From Eledone cirrhosa (taxonomy: Eukaryota), in NCBI GenBank assembly GCA_964016885.1, contig OZ024740.1:54746001-54810000 (forward strand): a DNA stretch of 64,000 nt, in the 5' to 3' direction. The position numbers were made by a program, and so were the translations under genes. The notes beneath the pieces were generated by a model. It searched no databases and was not told the DNA's origin. It was given only the letters and a program-made list of their open reading frames with translations. Every line of letters begins with the position of its first letter. Within the stretch, counting starts at the first letter, position 1. This document shows positions 1-14,633 of the stretch, piece after piece.

Positions 1-382
1 TCGCACAACTGCATTACTTCAAAAGATCAATCCATATCAATTTTTTATAGTAGATTCGTATAGACTATATAGTTATATATCTGCGGGAGGCCTACTAATA
101 TATTTCTGTTAAAATGCAGTATGGGAGAAAGAAAATCATATACTAATTACATTATAATTGATTAGTTTAAGTAGAAAGTATGTTGTTTATTGGTTCGTTC
201 TTAATAAATCTATATATTCATTGCCCATGAATATATAATGTTAAGGAGGGAAAGAAAGAAGGCAATTAGCTGTTCCACTTTACAGAGCCCCGTTCCATTT
301 CAACGATTTAATATCTGATTTCATTTTTCTGCAATTAAAATAACGGAAAGGTCGTCCTTACGGCAAACAGGAAGAAGCGGTG

Positions 383-552
<170 letters not shown>

Positions 553-684
553 GCGAGACATCAGGGGATAGTCACAAATGTCTCCATCTCACTTATGCTT
601 TTAAAATCATAAAACTGTGAAACTTGTAAATTTATTGTAAAATATTTCCCTGGAGGCTCCACTGACACTTTCAACTTCTTCCCC

Positions 685-737
<53 letters not shown>

Positions 738-2139
738 TGTGTGTGTGTATAACGATCATCTACACGAAGAAATATGTTATCCTAGGTAATCCATCCCAAG
801 TAATGTTTTGTCTATTGTATAATGTAGTTATAGAAAAGTAAATGATAGTGGTTTAACTAGACTGACAAGGAAACTAAAGTTCTTTAGCCAGTAATACAAC
901 TCAGAAATGTAACATTTACTACCCACTGATCATCATACATTCTTTCGTCCAGTGTTCAACCGATTCGACTATTCGGCACGTCACTGAAATCTGTCGAAAT
1001 TAAATGGTATATTATAATATATTTGGTGGTTGTGGGGAAATCGGGCAGAATGCTTTGCGGTAATTGGTCGAGGCACTAAACGTTTTAAATTTAAATATAA
1101 GCAATTCAACTTTACATTTTGTCCGTCTTGTGCCAATGAAATAAATAAGTAGTCAAGTGGAAGATTGGAATCTTATATAACCCACCTTTCTACAAACAAA
1201 TAACCTTTATAGTTAGTGAACTCTATATGTAAATTATGTTATAGCCCCAGTTCAGCCCTAACACAGAAGTTCTTTAATCAGAAATTCGAGATATGAATAC
1301 TCGTATCAAATATTGTATTAATTAGTCTCCATCATTTTATAGATAGTAAACTAAGGTTTGAGTGAGATAGGCTACAATTACTTTCAGAAAAAAATAACTT
1401 AAAAGCCTCAGAACATTTGCCGATGTTCTGTGAAGATTTGTTGGTGTCGTTTAAATCCTGCTCAGGAACAATTGGGCAAACCTATTATCAAATACATTCT
1501 ATTTGTTGCGATATCGCTGTATTGGTTGTATATATTGCAACATTATATAGTACCCTACTATTATTTAAGACGGGAGACAGTTTAATTATAGGATGATTTG
1601 CCTACTATATTGAGAGTATACCGTGTGACAATTTTACAGGCATATACTCAAATCAGGCCCATTCACTCGCATCATGCTTGCCACTCTCACACACCTTTCA
1701 ACGAACTAATTTTCTTCTTCAAGTAAAACCTGAAATAGTTAATCAAGGCTTCGCTGAAGGGGAAAATATGTTTCTTAACCCTTTCAAACGCGTCAACCAC
1801 ACGACCTCTGTCGCCACAGCCACCAATCAGATAAAAAATGTATTCTTACGGAAAGGCTACTTTAAAAAAGAAGACGATTATCATTGTCCTGGTGTTGATT
1901 TGTGCTCTTAGCATGGTGATAAAGAACCTTGAGAACTGCCTGTTGAAGAGCTTTGCACCAGGGATTGAATCGATCCAGCAAACATACCTACTGGAACATC
2001 TCGAATATTGAGAAATGTTCTCTATTAACAGCAGTAGTGAAATAGCAAGGAAGTGTATGAAACGTGTGGTGTTACCCTAGACTACTAGTTACAGTCAAGT
2101 ATTCCCTAAAATAACCAACCCAAAACAATATCAATTTGG

Positions 2140-3100
2140 TCCAGATCAACAGTTAGATAATGATAACAACAAATGCCTTGCTGATTCTTGCTTTCCACAT
2201 TGTTGGAAATCCTCTTCGATTGTTCAAATGAACAAAAATTCTGAGGAACCGTGTGACCTCTCTAACTATCGTCCTTCATGTGTTCTGCCTCTTGCTGGCC
2301 ATTTATTTGAGGCTTTAATTAATTCTAAATTGGTTAAGCACCTTACCTCATTGGGTCTTATTTCAACAAATAAACAATAGCTATATCCGAGAGAGTCTAC
2401 CGTACTTTAAGTTAATTTCTAAGGCTTTTGCTAACCTTTTTCATACTGGTCTCCTTCATAATTTGAGTGATTATGGTGTTTCCTTGTGGATTTTCAAAGT
2501 GATTGAGTCCTTATCAATCCACGATCTGAGCGTTTTCTTGAACGACAAGTTTTCTAGGTCTGATTACGTTGATGCATGGTTCACTCGGGGCTCTATCCTG
2601 AGTCCTATAACATTCTAAATATTCATTAATGATCTTCCCGATGACATGTTTTATAACATGTCATATATGCTGATGACACAACACTCTATTCTTGACAATA
2701 TAACCGTCAATCTGTTTTGGAAAATAATTGGGTTAAAATAATTGCCTGTTAATTTTAATGCATCTAAAATAAAACTACTAACATTTAATCGCAATAACGA
2801 TCCACGTTTTTGCCTTCAATTAGTGCGGCTGATAATATCCACCAAGAGAGAAACACTATACGCTTTTTGGTCTGATATTCTCGAATGTCGAACTGAATGG
2901 AATATATAACAATGATAGACAAAACTGCTTCCTAGAGATTTGGTACATTCTATCGTACCAAAATATTTTTTTACACCTGAAAAAAAACTTTACAAATTTA
3001 CCATTTATCCTTGTATTTTGTAATGTCGCCGTGCACCTTGATAATCTAGATAAGATCCAAATGGAATCGACAATGTTATTGGTCCTGGCTTCTCAACTTG
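2140..3100 (+). pseudogene. Highly decayed non-LTR retrotransposon reverse transcriptase (CR1/L2/Jockey-group)
   Basis: Motif remnants in the expected order: SNYRP (~2260), ISKAF (~2415), GSILSP..FINDLP (~2588-2640), YADDTTLY (~2667), NFNASK (~2750). Many stops and frameshifts. Confidence 0.8.
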
Positions 3101-3420
3101 AATTGTATTATTTGTGTGATAGTCTTTTCCCTCCTCAGTAACCCCATGCATTTAATGGTTGTATTGCCTTACATGAAGTGAACAAAAATAAAAGACGATA
3201 ATATCGCCATGTTCTGAACATTTAGTATACTAAATTTCCATCTAAATAGTTCGTGTATTTAAGAGTTAACTTTTAAAGGTTAACTTTTTAAATTCTACTG
3301 TTAACTAATGTGGTTTACATTATATTTATTGTTATCAGATTGTGGTGTGTTGCAATCCTCTCCATGGCAGCAAAAGAGGCCCGGATTCTGCTGGTTTTCC
3401 ATCACAATATATATATATAT

Positions 3421-3630
3421 TAGAAAGTGAGGTTTTTTTACTAAATGAAAAATAACCGAGGTGTCCTACACGAGCAAAAGTATAAAGAAAAAAAGATGAA
3501 ATCGAAAATGCAACTGGAGTCTTATTTTTAAAAATATATATATATTTATTTGGTTCCTTTGCCGGTTTCGCAGTTCTTCTGCTTTTCAAAAGTAGAGTTG
3601 AGATGGAGGCTCTGTGGTTTGTCTCACACA
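3421..3630 (-). repeat. Dispersed ribozyme-bearing repeat, copy 1 (copy 2 at 24233-24445)
   Basis: Near-identical ~210 bp starting tagaaagtgaggtttttt...; both copies abut (AT)n. Confidence 0.9.
3557..3592 (-). ncRNA. Minimal type-I hammerhead ribozyme, U3-A8 core variant (U16.1 mutated in this copy)
   Basis: Minus strand reads CTT TTGAAAA GCAG aagaa CTGC GAAA CCGG CA AAG. The 24370 copy has CCGG TA. Confidence 0.6.
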
Positions 3631-3640
3631 TATATATACA

Positions 3641-3878
3641 CGATATGTTGAAAAGGTAACACACTAGAGAGAGATACAGTGTGCTATCAATAAAACAGGG
3701 AAAAACCACCAGTGTATCGAATCTATAACCTATGAAAGGCAGAGTATAGACACGATAATTAAAAATATAAATTAAAGCGTAAATAAATACCTCTAAAACT
3801 ATATAACACACGTACAAACACTGTATTTTTGATAGCGCACTGTATCTCTCTCTAGTGTATTACATTTTCAACATATTG
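3641..3878. repeat. Inverted repeat, ~58 bp arms
   Basis: atatgttgaaaaggtaacacactagagagagatacagtgtgctatcaa vs ttgatagcgcactgtatctctctctagtgtattacattttcaacatat. Confidence 0.85.
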
Positions 3879-4065
3879 TATTTTAAAGAGCTAAGGATTT
3901 CCTCTCCTTTGAGCACATTATTTACAGGGAACGGCGAGTGTCTATGGCTCCGTTAATGTATCGTGATATATATATATACAAAAAACGCACATACATTTCC
4001 CACCCACACACATATATACATATATATGACATATGCATACATATGTATACATATGCATACATATG

Positions 4066-4154
<89 letters not shown>

Positions 4155-4407
4155 GTGTGTGTCTCTTTCTGTTTTGTGTGTATGTGTGAATACAACACTA
4201 CACATTCACGGAAAAGTTAAGTACAGCTAGATATTCTTAACCCAAATCAATATTATTCTTGAAACATATATGATTATTTCGATGTGTGTATGCAACAGAA
4301 TAGACTATAAATCTCCTGAAATTTGAACTCAGAATGTCGATTACTACATATATAAACACACACACGTACAAATGATTCTTTCTGCCAGCCTGCTCGTGTG
4401 ACTCAGC

Positions 4408-4599
<192 letters not shown>

Positions 4600-5804
4600 A
4601 TAACATCAGTACGTAATTTGATAATCGTTTGCGTCGATCTGTTGTGTGTGAGTGTGTATATGTGCGCGTTTTATGTTTGTGTGTGTGTGTGTTTTCTCAC
4701 CCAACCTAGTTATGTTTCAATATTCTAGCCAATATTCATCCAAACATTTTCACATTTCATAGACGAAAGCAACGCCGCTTTTAATAGTTATTATAAAACA
4801 ATACTGTATTTGTGCACCTGCTCGATGACAGCCGAAATGAATCTGTCAGTGTCATTAAGACAGGTCGACTGCTTTAAATGGATGACATCGTACGATGCTT
4901 CCTGTAGGATGATAGAAAATCCTTATGGTGATGTAAATATTTAATTTCGATTGGAAATGCCATGTCTGAGTCGTGTCAGAGCGACTTGCTATTAGGACGG
5001 TCAGGATGGCAATAAAATTCTTCTCAGCTTACGTCCACATTCATAATCAGCAACCGAATTAATACGGCGTCCCAGTTTCTTAAAATCTGTTTTTGTCGTT
5101 TAACTAAACCGATTTAAAAAAATATAAGAATATAACTGTTTGAAGACATTTCAATACGTTTCTCCGTATATTATATATTTTATCAATTCTGGTCTGTATA
5201 CTTTATGATCAATATCTCCTCTTTTTCCAAAGAACTTTCCCATGGTGATAAAACAAGTTCCTCCAATATCGGTTATTGCAATTATTTGAAATTACTGGTA
5301 TTGTTTCTTTTGTTTTTAAAACCTAGGTACGGAAAAGGTTATGTGTGAGACTAACTTATTTTAGCCAGTCTGACTTATACTCCTCTGAATAGGATGATTT
5401 ATTGTGGAGGTGGCATAAGTGTAATATATATATATATATATATTTAAACCAAAACTAAACGGGTTATCACCCCAATAGAATTGTCATAAAATATAAACAC
5501 ACATACGCACGGAGTGACAGATATGTGTGTGTATGTGTGCATGTATATAATTATCACTACTATTAAAGACCAGAGACCAATTCTGTAGAATCAGGTTTAT
5601 TCGTTGACAGACCATGCCTTTGTGTGACCAACACATCCATGTTAAACCCTGCACGTGCACACACATATATCTATATATATATGCGCACACAGAATTCACC
5701 ACTGTCGATTGCGGGGCCCAATCTACATGAAGAACTCAATGTGATCAGAATGACTTCTATTTTAATTTCACTGTCCTAACTTCTTATATTATGGAAAAAA
5801 TATA

Positions 5805-6083
5805 TGTGTATGTATATATATATATTTGGAGGCCATTTCTCTATGTGTGTGTATGTATGTGTATGTGTATGTGTGTGTGTGTGTATGTGTGTGCATGTGG
5901 ATGTATGTATGTGTATGTGTGTGTGTGTGTATGTATGTGTGTATCTGGATGTATGTGTATGTATATATATGTGTGTGTGTGTGTATGTGTATATATGTGT
6001 GTGTGTGTGTTTGTATGTGTGTATGTATATATGTGTGTGTGTATGTATGTGTGTATGTATATATATATATATATATATGTGTA

Positions 6084-6120
<37 letters not shown>

Positions 6121-6275
6121 ATGTATGTGTGTGTGTGTGTATGTATGTGTGTATCTGGATGTATGTGTATGTATATATATATGTGTGTGTGTGTATATAT
6201 ATATGTGTGTGTATGTGTATATGTGTGTGTGTGTGTCTGTATGTGTGTATGTATATGTATGTGTGTGTGTATGTA

Positions 6276-6350
<75 letters not shown>

Positions 6351-6395
6351 ATGTATATGTATGTGTGTGTGGATGAGGGTATGTGTGTATATATA
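5805..6395. repeat. Compound (GT/AT) low-complexity block with internal duplication
   Basis: The motif gtatctggatgtatgtgtatg recurs at ~5941 and ~6151. Confidence 0.9.
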
Positions 6396-6707
6396 GGTGT
6401 AAGTGCACTAAATGCCTTTCTATCACTCTCCCCTCTCCTACCGACCACATGGAGATATATGTATGTATATTGCTTCCACCCCCTCACTGACCAGCAGCTG
6501 GCCATCTGGCCATTGCTAAATCTGACCTTAAAAAAAACAACTCCCCACAAATAATTCATCATTCACCACCAGAAAGGGACACACAGCAGTCAACTTGCTG
6601 CTACCAAGATGAAAACTACTATGAAATCCCACACTGAATTTTATACTTGAATTTTCAAATCTCAAATTTTAACTCTTCTTATTATTAATTTTTCTTAATA
6701 TTAATCA

Positions 6708-6752
6708 ACATTTGAAAAGATGGCTTTTGCAGACCTATCGAAACCGGTCATT
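6708..6752 (+). ncRNA. Hammerhead-like motif, U3-A8 variant, helix I degraded
   Basis: TTGAAAA GATGG cttttgcaga CCtATC GAAA CCGG TC; palindromic ACCGGT helix III, GUC site. Confidence 0.5.
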
Positions 6753-6812
6753 TTTTATACCCTTTATTCTTTCCTTACCTTATAAAATTATATGTTTTTT
6801 CACAAAAAGGTG

Positions 6813-6842
<30 letters not shown>

Positions 6843-6850
<8 letters not shown>

Positions 6851-7680
6851 CGTTTTAGTCTCATTCATTCTCAGCCCCCTACTCATCGACACAGTCTCAA
6901 CCTCCCGCATCAAATCCTCTGCCTCCTTCACTGTATTTGTCACCAAAACTATGTCGTCGGCAAATTCAGCATCCGATACCTTTTTCGACTTAACTCCCCT
7001 GCTCTGAGCCGGTGCTACAGTAAAGCCAGAGTCCTGGTAGAGAATGTTGAAAAACCAGAGGGGATCACTAATGTAGGCGGGAAGCCGCTAGAATTGGTTG
7101 AGGGATTCCGGTATTTGGGAGCAAAAATTGGGAATACGGAAGATGATGTGGTTGAGAGGAAGAGCAAAGCCTGGGCGGCGTGCCACAGCTTGAGATCGGT
7201 GTGGAAGTCAGACCTTCGTGAAGACCAGAAAATCCGCCTCTTCATTGCTGTAGTGGAGTCTGTGCTGCTGTACGGGTCTGAGACTTGGACACTGACCAAT
7301 AAACTCACTCAGATGGTGGATGGGTGCTACACGAGAATTCAGAGGATGGCTCTGAACATTAATCAGTATACACTGAGGATGAAAACCTCAGAGCTGTATG
7401 GGAGCATCCCAAAAGTCAGCTCAAAAGTGACACAGAGGAGACTGAGGTTAGCTGGACATGCTCACCGACATACAGAGTTGACATTGCACTCAGTGCTCCT
7501 GTGGGAGCCCCTACATGGACACACTAGAAGAGGAAGACCAAGGTTAACGTATGTTGATGCCCTAAGGACAGGCACTGGTCTGTTGGAGACGCAGGACATG
7601 GCAGCGATAATGAGGGACAGAGACCGCTGGCGAGAACTCGTCCATGGATCTCGGGAATTTTACCCGCCTTAGATAGATAT
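6843..7680 (+). mobile_element. 5'-truncated RTE-clade LINE with a 5' inversion (6843-7037 inverted)
   Basis: Minus-strand 7037-6843 encodes ...DAEFADDIVLV...GLRMNETKTKY. The plus strand continues VENVEK...FRYLG...LLYGSETW...LRLAGH...GRPRLTY. (TAGA) tail; flanked by (AT)n. Confidence 0.9.
7094..7672 (+). CDS. C-terminal fragment of RTE-clade ORF2 (RT thumb and C-terminus)
   Basis: FRYLG, LLYGSETW, RLRLAGH and GRPRLTY motifs typical of RTE ORF2. A fragment, not an independent gene. Confidence 0.8.
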   Translation: MVEGFRYLGAKIGNTEDDVVERKSKAWAACHSLRSVWKSDLREDQKIRLFIAVVESVLLYGSETWTLTNKLTQMVDGCYTRIQRMALNINQYTLRMKTSELYGSIPKVSSKVTQRRLRLAGHAHRHTELTLHSVLLWEPLHGHTRRGRPRLTYVDALRTGTGLLETQDMAAIMRDRDRWRELVHGSREFYPP

Positions 7681-7706
7681 ATATATATATATAGGTATGT
7701 ATCATA

Positions 7707-7760
<54 letters not shown>

Positions 7761-7763
<3 letters not shown>

Positions 7764-8140
7764 GTATCAGCCGTACTAAGGGTGAGAAATGAAATTTCGT
7801 TTCATTCTTTTCCATTTATATATATATATGGAAAAAATGAAACGAAATTTCATTTCTCACTCTTGGTACCGCTGTTACTTAAATATAAGTATGTATACGT
7901 ACATACATATATGTATACAGACGTACAGTAGTATGTATATATATACATACATGCACACATATATATATGTACGTATGGATTCACAGAACAGTTATTATAA
8001 TAATAGGTTTGTTTGTAAACAAACATCCTGAATTAAAGTCGTACAGTGTTTAGAAAACATCGTTGCTCTTTTGTTCAACACTGACAAAGGAACAATGTAC
8101 TGGTTTCAAGCTTATTAGCTATCGTCAGCACCGTTGCTAT
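7761..8140 (-). mobile_element. Penelope pLTR-like non-coding unit with terminal fold-back (same family as 18336-19025)
   Basis: Inverted arms 7761-7815 / 7829-7880; homologous to 18430-18860; contains a hammerhead. Confidence 0.75.
8091..8135 (-). ncRNA. Minimal type-I hammerhead ribozyme, intact core
   Basis: AACGGTG CTGACGA T AGC taataa GCT T GAAA C ca G TA CATTGTT: 7-bp helix I (2 G-U), core CUGACGA/GAAA, GUA site. Confidence 0.8.
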
Positions 8141-8243
8141 TTCTTACCTAGATTGATTTTGTGATTATTTTAAATAATTTATTGCTAGCATTGTTAGTAT
8201 TGTTGTTATTGTTCTGATTGAATGCCATTACTATTATATATAG

Positions 8244-8432
8244 TGGCCGTGAATTGGCAGTATCGGTAGAGGGTCGGACGCCATGCTTTCCAGCATAGTT
8301 ACGTCCCTTTACGATCTGAGTTCAAGTCCCGCCGAGGTTGACTTTGCCTTTCATCCTTACGGGGTCGATAAAATAAAGTACCAGTAATGCAGTGGTTAAT
8401 TGCTGGCCTTGTGCCTAAAGTAGAAACAATTA
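8244..8432 (+). mobile_element. tRNA-derived SINE (main family in this window)
   Basis: A-box TGGCAGTATCGG, B-box GAGTTCAAGTCC, central GCCTTTCATCCTTACGGGGTCGATAAAATAAAGTACCAG, tail AGAAACAATT; flanking direct repeat ttacta(t/c)tatatatagt. Confidence 0.9.
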
Positions 8433-8650
8433 CTACTATATATAGTAGCCATGCCTGTATATTCCTTTCATTCTCACAAGCTCCAATGAATTGACTGGTT
8501 ACAACCATACATTGGTGATCGAATGGCGTGAAAACAAGCAGGTAGCGATCTCTAGACCTACCAGTTCAGAGAAACGATTGTCAGATTAAAAATGAGATTA
8601 AAAAAAGAGATTAAAAACCTTTTTTGTATAGCCAACCGTTTTCAATCTTC

Positions 8651-8911
<261 letters not shown>

Positions 8912-8956
8912 GTATATATATATATATATATACATATACATATGTATATATATATA

Positions 8957-10160
8957 TCTATATCCAAAATTATGATAAATTAAATGAATTTAATCGAAAT
9001 CGAAATTGAGGGTGTCATGTCATAATGGCATGCGCCATATCACCTGGAAAATAAGCTCCAAGATAAATCTGAGCATTTTATAATAACTAGAAATTGATTA
9101 ACATATAAATATACATGAATAATCACAGGAGATAATTTTTAGACGCGTGTAACCACGCATAGCTAGTTTGGGTAAAAATTAAATTTATACCTTTAAGTAT
9201 GATTAACCTTCCTTGTATATATCCCATTAAAGAAATATATTTCACCAATTAATCAGATGGAAAGTCACGGAAAGTGGATATTATTGGATTGTCAACAAGG
9301 AAGAGTAATAATGTCCAGTTATCCGTCCTTACACTACGAGTTCAAATCTTCATCTAGCCGTTACAACGTCTTGTGTCTACACATGATAGCGGTTTCGTTT
9401 CAGTGGGGTGAATAGGTATTCGACAACTAGAAATAGCAGTCAAATTCTCTTCAACAGAAATAGCTCTACAAATAAGGAGCCGTATATATATATCTATATC
9501 CAAAATCATACTTAAAGGTATAAACTTAAATTTTACCCAAACTAGCTATGCGTGGTTACACGCGTCTAAAAATTATATCCTGTGATTATTCATGTATATT
9601 TATATGTTAATCGATTTCTAGTTATTATAAAATGCTCAGATTTATCTTGGAGCTTATTTTCCAGGTGACATGGTGCATGCCATTATGACATGACACCCTC
9701 AATTTCGATTTAGATTAAATTCATTTAATTTATCTTAATTTTGGATATAGATATATATACGGCTCCTTAATTGTAGAGCTATTTCTGTTGAAGAGAATTT
9801 GACTGCTATTTCTAGTTGTCGAATACCTATTCACGCCACTGAAACGAAACTGCTAACATGTGTAGACACAAGACGTTGTAACGGCTAGATGAAGATTTGA
9901 ACTCGTAGTGTAAGTACGGATAACTGGACATTATTACTCTTCCTTGTTGACAATCCAATAATATCCACTTTCCGTGACTTACCATCTGATTAATTGGTGA
10001 AATATATTTCTTTAATGGGATATATACAAGGAAGGTTAATCATACTTAAAGGTATAATTTTAATTTTTACCCAAACTAGCTATGCGTGGTTACACGCGTC
10101 TAAAAATTATCTCCTGTGATTATTCATGTATATTTATATGTTAATCAATTTCTAGTTATT
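8957..10160. repeat. ~535-bp unit arranged as one forward copy plus a ~1.2-unit inverted tandem
   Basis: tctatatccaaaat at 8957 and ~9493. 9505-9750 is the reverse complement of 8957-9203; 9750-10160 is the reverse complement of ~9080-9500. Confidence 0.9.
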
Positions 10161-10179
10161 ATATATATATATATATATA

Positions 10180-11774
<1,595 letters not shown>

Positions 11775-11839
11775 CATACATATATATATATATATACAAT
11801 GATATTAATAAATGGAAAGTATATTTATAATACCATATT

Positions 11840-11904
11840 TATTTTATTATAAGTATTTCAAGGGCAACCAAGGCAACATTGGTACGCTTTCGTCAGATAA
11901 AATA
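11840..11904 (-). ncRNA. Type-I hammerhead ribozyme, intact core
   Basis: TATTTTAT CTGACGA AAG..ACCAA tgttgcc TTGGT..CTT GAAA TA ct TA TA ATAAAATA: 8-bp helix I, AUA site. Confidence 0.75.
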
Positions 11905-11934
11905 CAAACTTTGTTTCATAAATAGAGAGGTACC

Positions 11935-12007
11935 CATAAAATCATATCTTATCGTTTGGAAATTCACTATCCAGTGAATTTCCAACCGATAAGGTATGAT
12001 TTATATG
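11935..12007. repeat. Hairpin, ~30-bp arms, 4-nt loop
   Basis: atcatatcttatcgtttggaaattcact atcc agtgaatttccaaccgataaggtatgat. Confidence 0.9.
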
Positions 12008-12267
12008 ATATATATATATAATACCTAAGCGGTTATGACGTGATAGTTAATGTGACTAAATCAGTGATACCATTATATTTGATCGATTATATAAGGGCTT
12101 CACTGACATATTTTGTGTGATTTTTTCATGTCATATTCTCTAATGCAGACCCTAATAATCGTTTTCAAGACAGCAACATGATCTCATTTGACAGACTTAG
12201 AAATCTATATCATGAATATGTATATACACACGTTTACGCATATTCTTCCACTTTAATATATATATAT

Positions 12268-12612
12268 GATGGTTGCCTCCTCGTTATCGAGTATGGCCAT
12301 TGCACGGTATAACATTATTAATAATTATTAATTAATATCATCTTGCAATGTGCGTGAAGATTTTTTTTAAAGTGGGGAAATACTACTGTGCACTGAGCCA
12401 ATCCCACTCTCTGAGCGACAGTAGCTATAATCCGAAAAGAAGAAAAGATCATCATCGGTAACTACTGAGCCGCAGGTTTTATGATGGAGTTATCCCAGTT
12501 TCCTGAGTTGCCTTCTCCTAGAAGAAGGCCCTGACAAAATCTAGGGGTCCTTCACTCCAAATGGTTTAACCGCGTGATCGTGAATCCAGCCCGACCAAAT
12601 TATTTCTAGGTC
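12268..12612 (-). mobile_element. Non-autonomous RTE-derived short element (copy also at ~42095-42402, +)
   Basis: Reverse complement of 42095-42402; has an RTE 5'UTR-like GGAGAAGGCAACTC...AAAACC motif and a (TCA) tail. Confidence 0.65.
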
Positions 12613-12621
12613 CTCGCCCAT

Positions 12622-12680
<59 letters not shown>

Positions 12681-12709
12681 TACACATATATACATATATA
12701 CATATAAAC

Positions 12710-12753
<44 letters not shown>

Positions 12754-12796
12754 ATATTTGGGGAGGGTCATATTATTATAATATTGCCAGAAATAA

Positions 12797-12987
12797 TAAT
12801 TGTTTCTACTTTTGGCACAAGGCCAGCAATTATCTCAGTGCATTACTGGTACTTTATGTTATCGACCCCGTAAGGATGAAAGGCAAAGTTAACCTCGGTG
12901 GGATTTGAACTCAGATCATTAAGGGGCGTAACTCTGCTGCAAAACATGGCGTCCGACCCTCTACCGATACTGCCAATCCACCACCCT
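12797..12987 (-). mobile_element. tRNA-derived SINE inserted into a Penelope-tail relic
   Basis: Full SINE with TSD ttgccagaaa(t/c)aataa. Its flanks resemble 21208-21310 and 61490-61590. Confidence 0.9.
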
Positions 12988-14516
12988 TAATTGCCAGAAA
13001 CAATAAGACACATTCATAGTTTTGTTTGGATCGGTTTTCGCTTCTGTATATTTTATATCTCCATCGTTAATCTATCTGGCCATCAATGTTTATTAATATG
13101 TGTGCTTGTGTGAGTGCGTGTGTAAATCAGTGGGTGCCTGTTTGAGCCAGTGTGTGTATGTGTGTGCATAAGAGAGACTACTACAAAGTTTCCATGAACC
13201 GAATCTATTCCAATATGTTGGATATACTTTTGCAAGCTCTCACTCAGTGCGACTGAATACGAAAACATGTTGTGGCTTACCCAAATCAGACCAGGAATAA
13301 ACTTTTAATAATATATTTAAATAGAGCGAAATCTACATTGCGTGTGTGTTTTTGTGTGGGGGTTTGTGTGTTTGTGAGTGTGTACACGCGCGAGTGTGTG
13401 CGTGTGTGTTTATGTGTGTGTTTATATATGCTTTAATTGTTACTATATTGTGGCTGCTAATGTGAAATTTACATAAACATAATATTTGCAAGAATATATT
13501 TTGATGAAATTAAAATATACGAGGTTAGCATTTGTGCACTGCAATTCTGTACGTGTGAGTTCGTGTGTGTGGCTATAGGCGCGCGTGCGCTAAAGTGTGA
13601 ATACATATGTGCGTGTGTGTGAGCATGTGCGTGTATTTGTGATCGCGTGCAGTTTTATGCGATCCTAAGAATCTAGTTGTTATATATTAAATATATAATT
13701 TAACAGAAAAAAAATCTTAAAATTCCGCCATGACATTATTGTCATGAAGCTTGTAAAATGCTAAAATGTTCAGATTTGGCTTCCAGTTAATACATAAATA
13801 GTGTTTTGAGTTCTAATATCCAAAAGCGTAATAGCAAAACTATTAAGTTCCCTATTCCATCTTTATCGAAAATGTTGTCTTAATGTCACGCACCAACACA
13901 TATGCTATATGCACAAAACTTAGTTGATGTTGGGATTTTGTTGTTAATTTTGTCAGTTGTTTTAGAGGATCATTTTCTCTTAGGGGTAATTCTGTTTTCT
14001 TTTTCACCATTCGGATGGAAGAAATAATTTTTTTCTTTTATCGAATAGGGTCATATGTTCCAAAACGAAAAAGAAAAAATATGTTCTGATGTTATGTTAG
14101 ACTCCACAGAACATTTCCTAAAAATGTAGGGTTGTTTATCTAAATATATCTGATATGAGAATATATATAGATATATATATGTGTGTTTGCATATGTGTGT
14201 GCGTGAGCGGACACACACGCATATATATGCATATTGGTGACACATGCACGCATATATATGCATATATATATATGATATATACAGAGAATGAGGTAGAGAT
14301 ATATAGACAGATATAGGTATATGTGTACATATGCAGTAGAGAGTTATTTATACAATAACTACAAAAATGCATATGTATATATATATATATATACTATAAA
14401 GTATGTCCATAGAATCATTTGATAATATATATACACCATTTCCTCTCCCACTTAGCATAATCAACCACACACACACACACTATATATATAAAGATATATA
14501 TATATATATATGTTAA

Positions 14517-14595
<79 letters not shown>

Positions 14596-14633
14596 ATATT
14601 AACAAATGGGAACTATATTTATAAAAACATATT

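Noticed and set aside
8244-8340. tRNA gene
   Set aside because: The A and B boxes belong to SINE heads; no cloverleaf, and the sequence continues into the SINE body.
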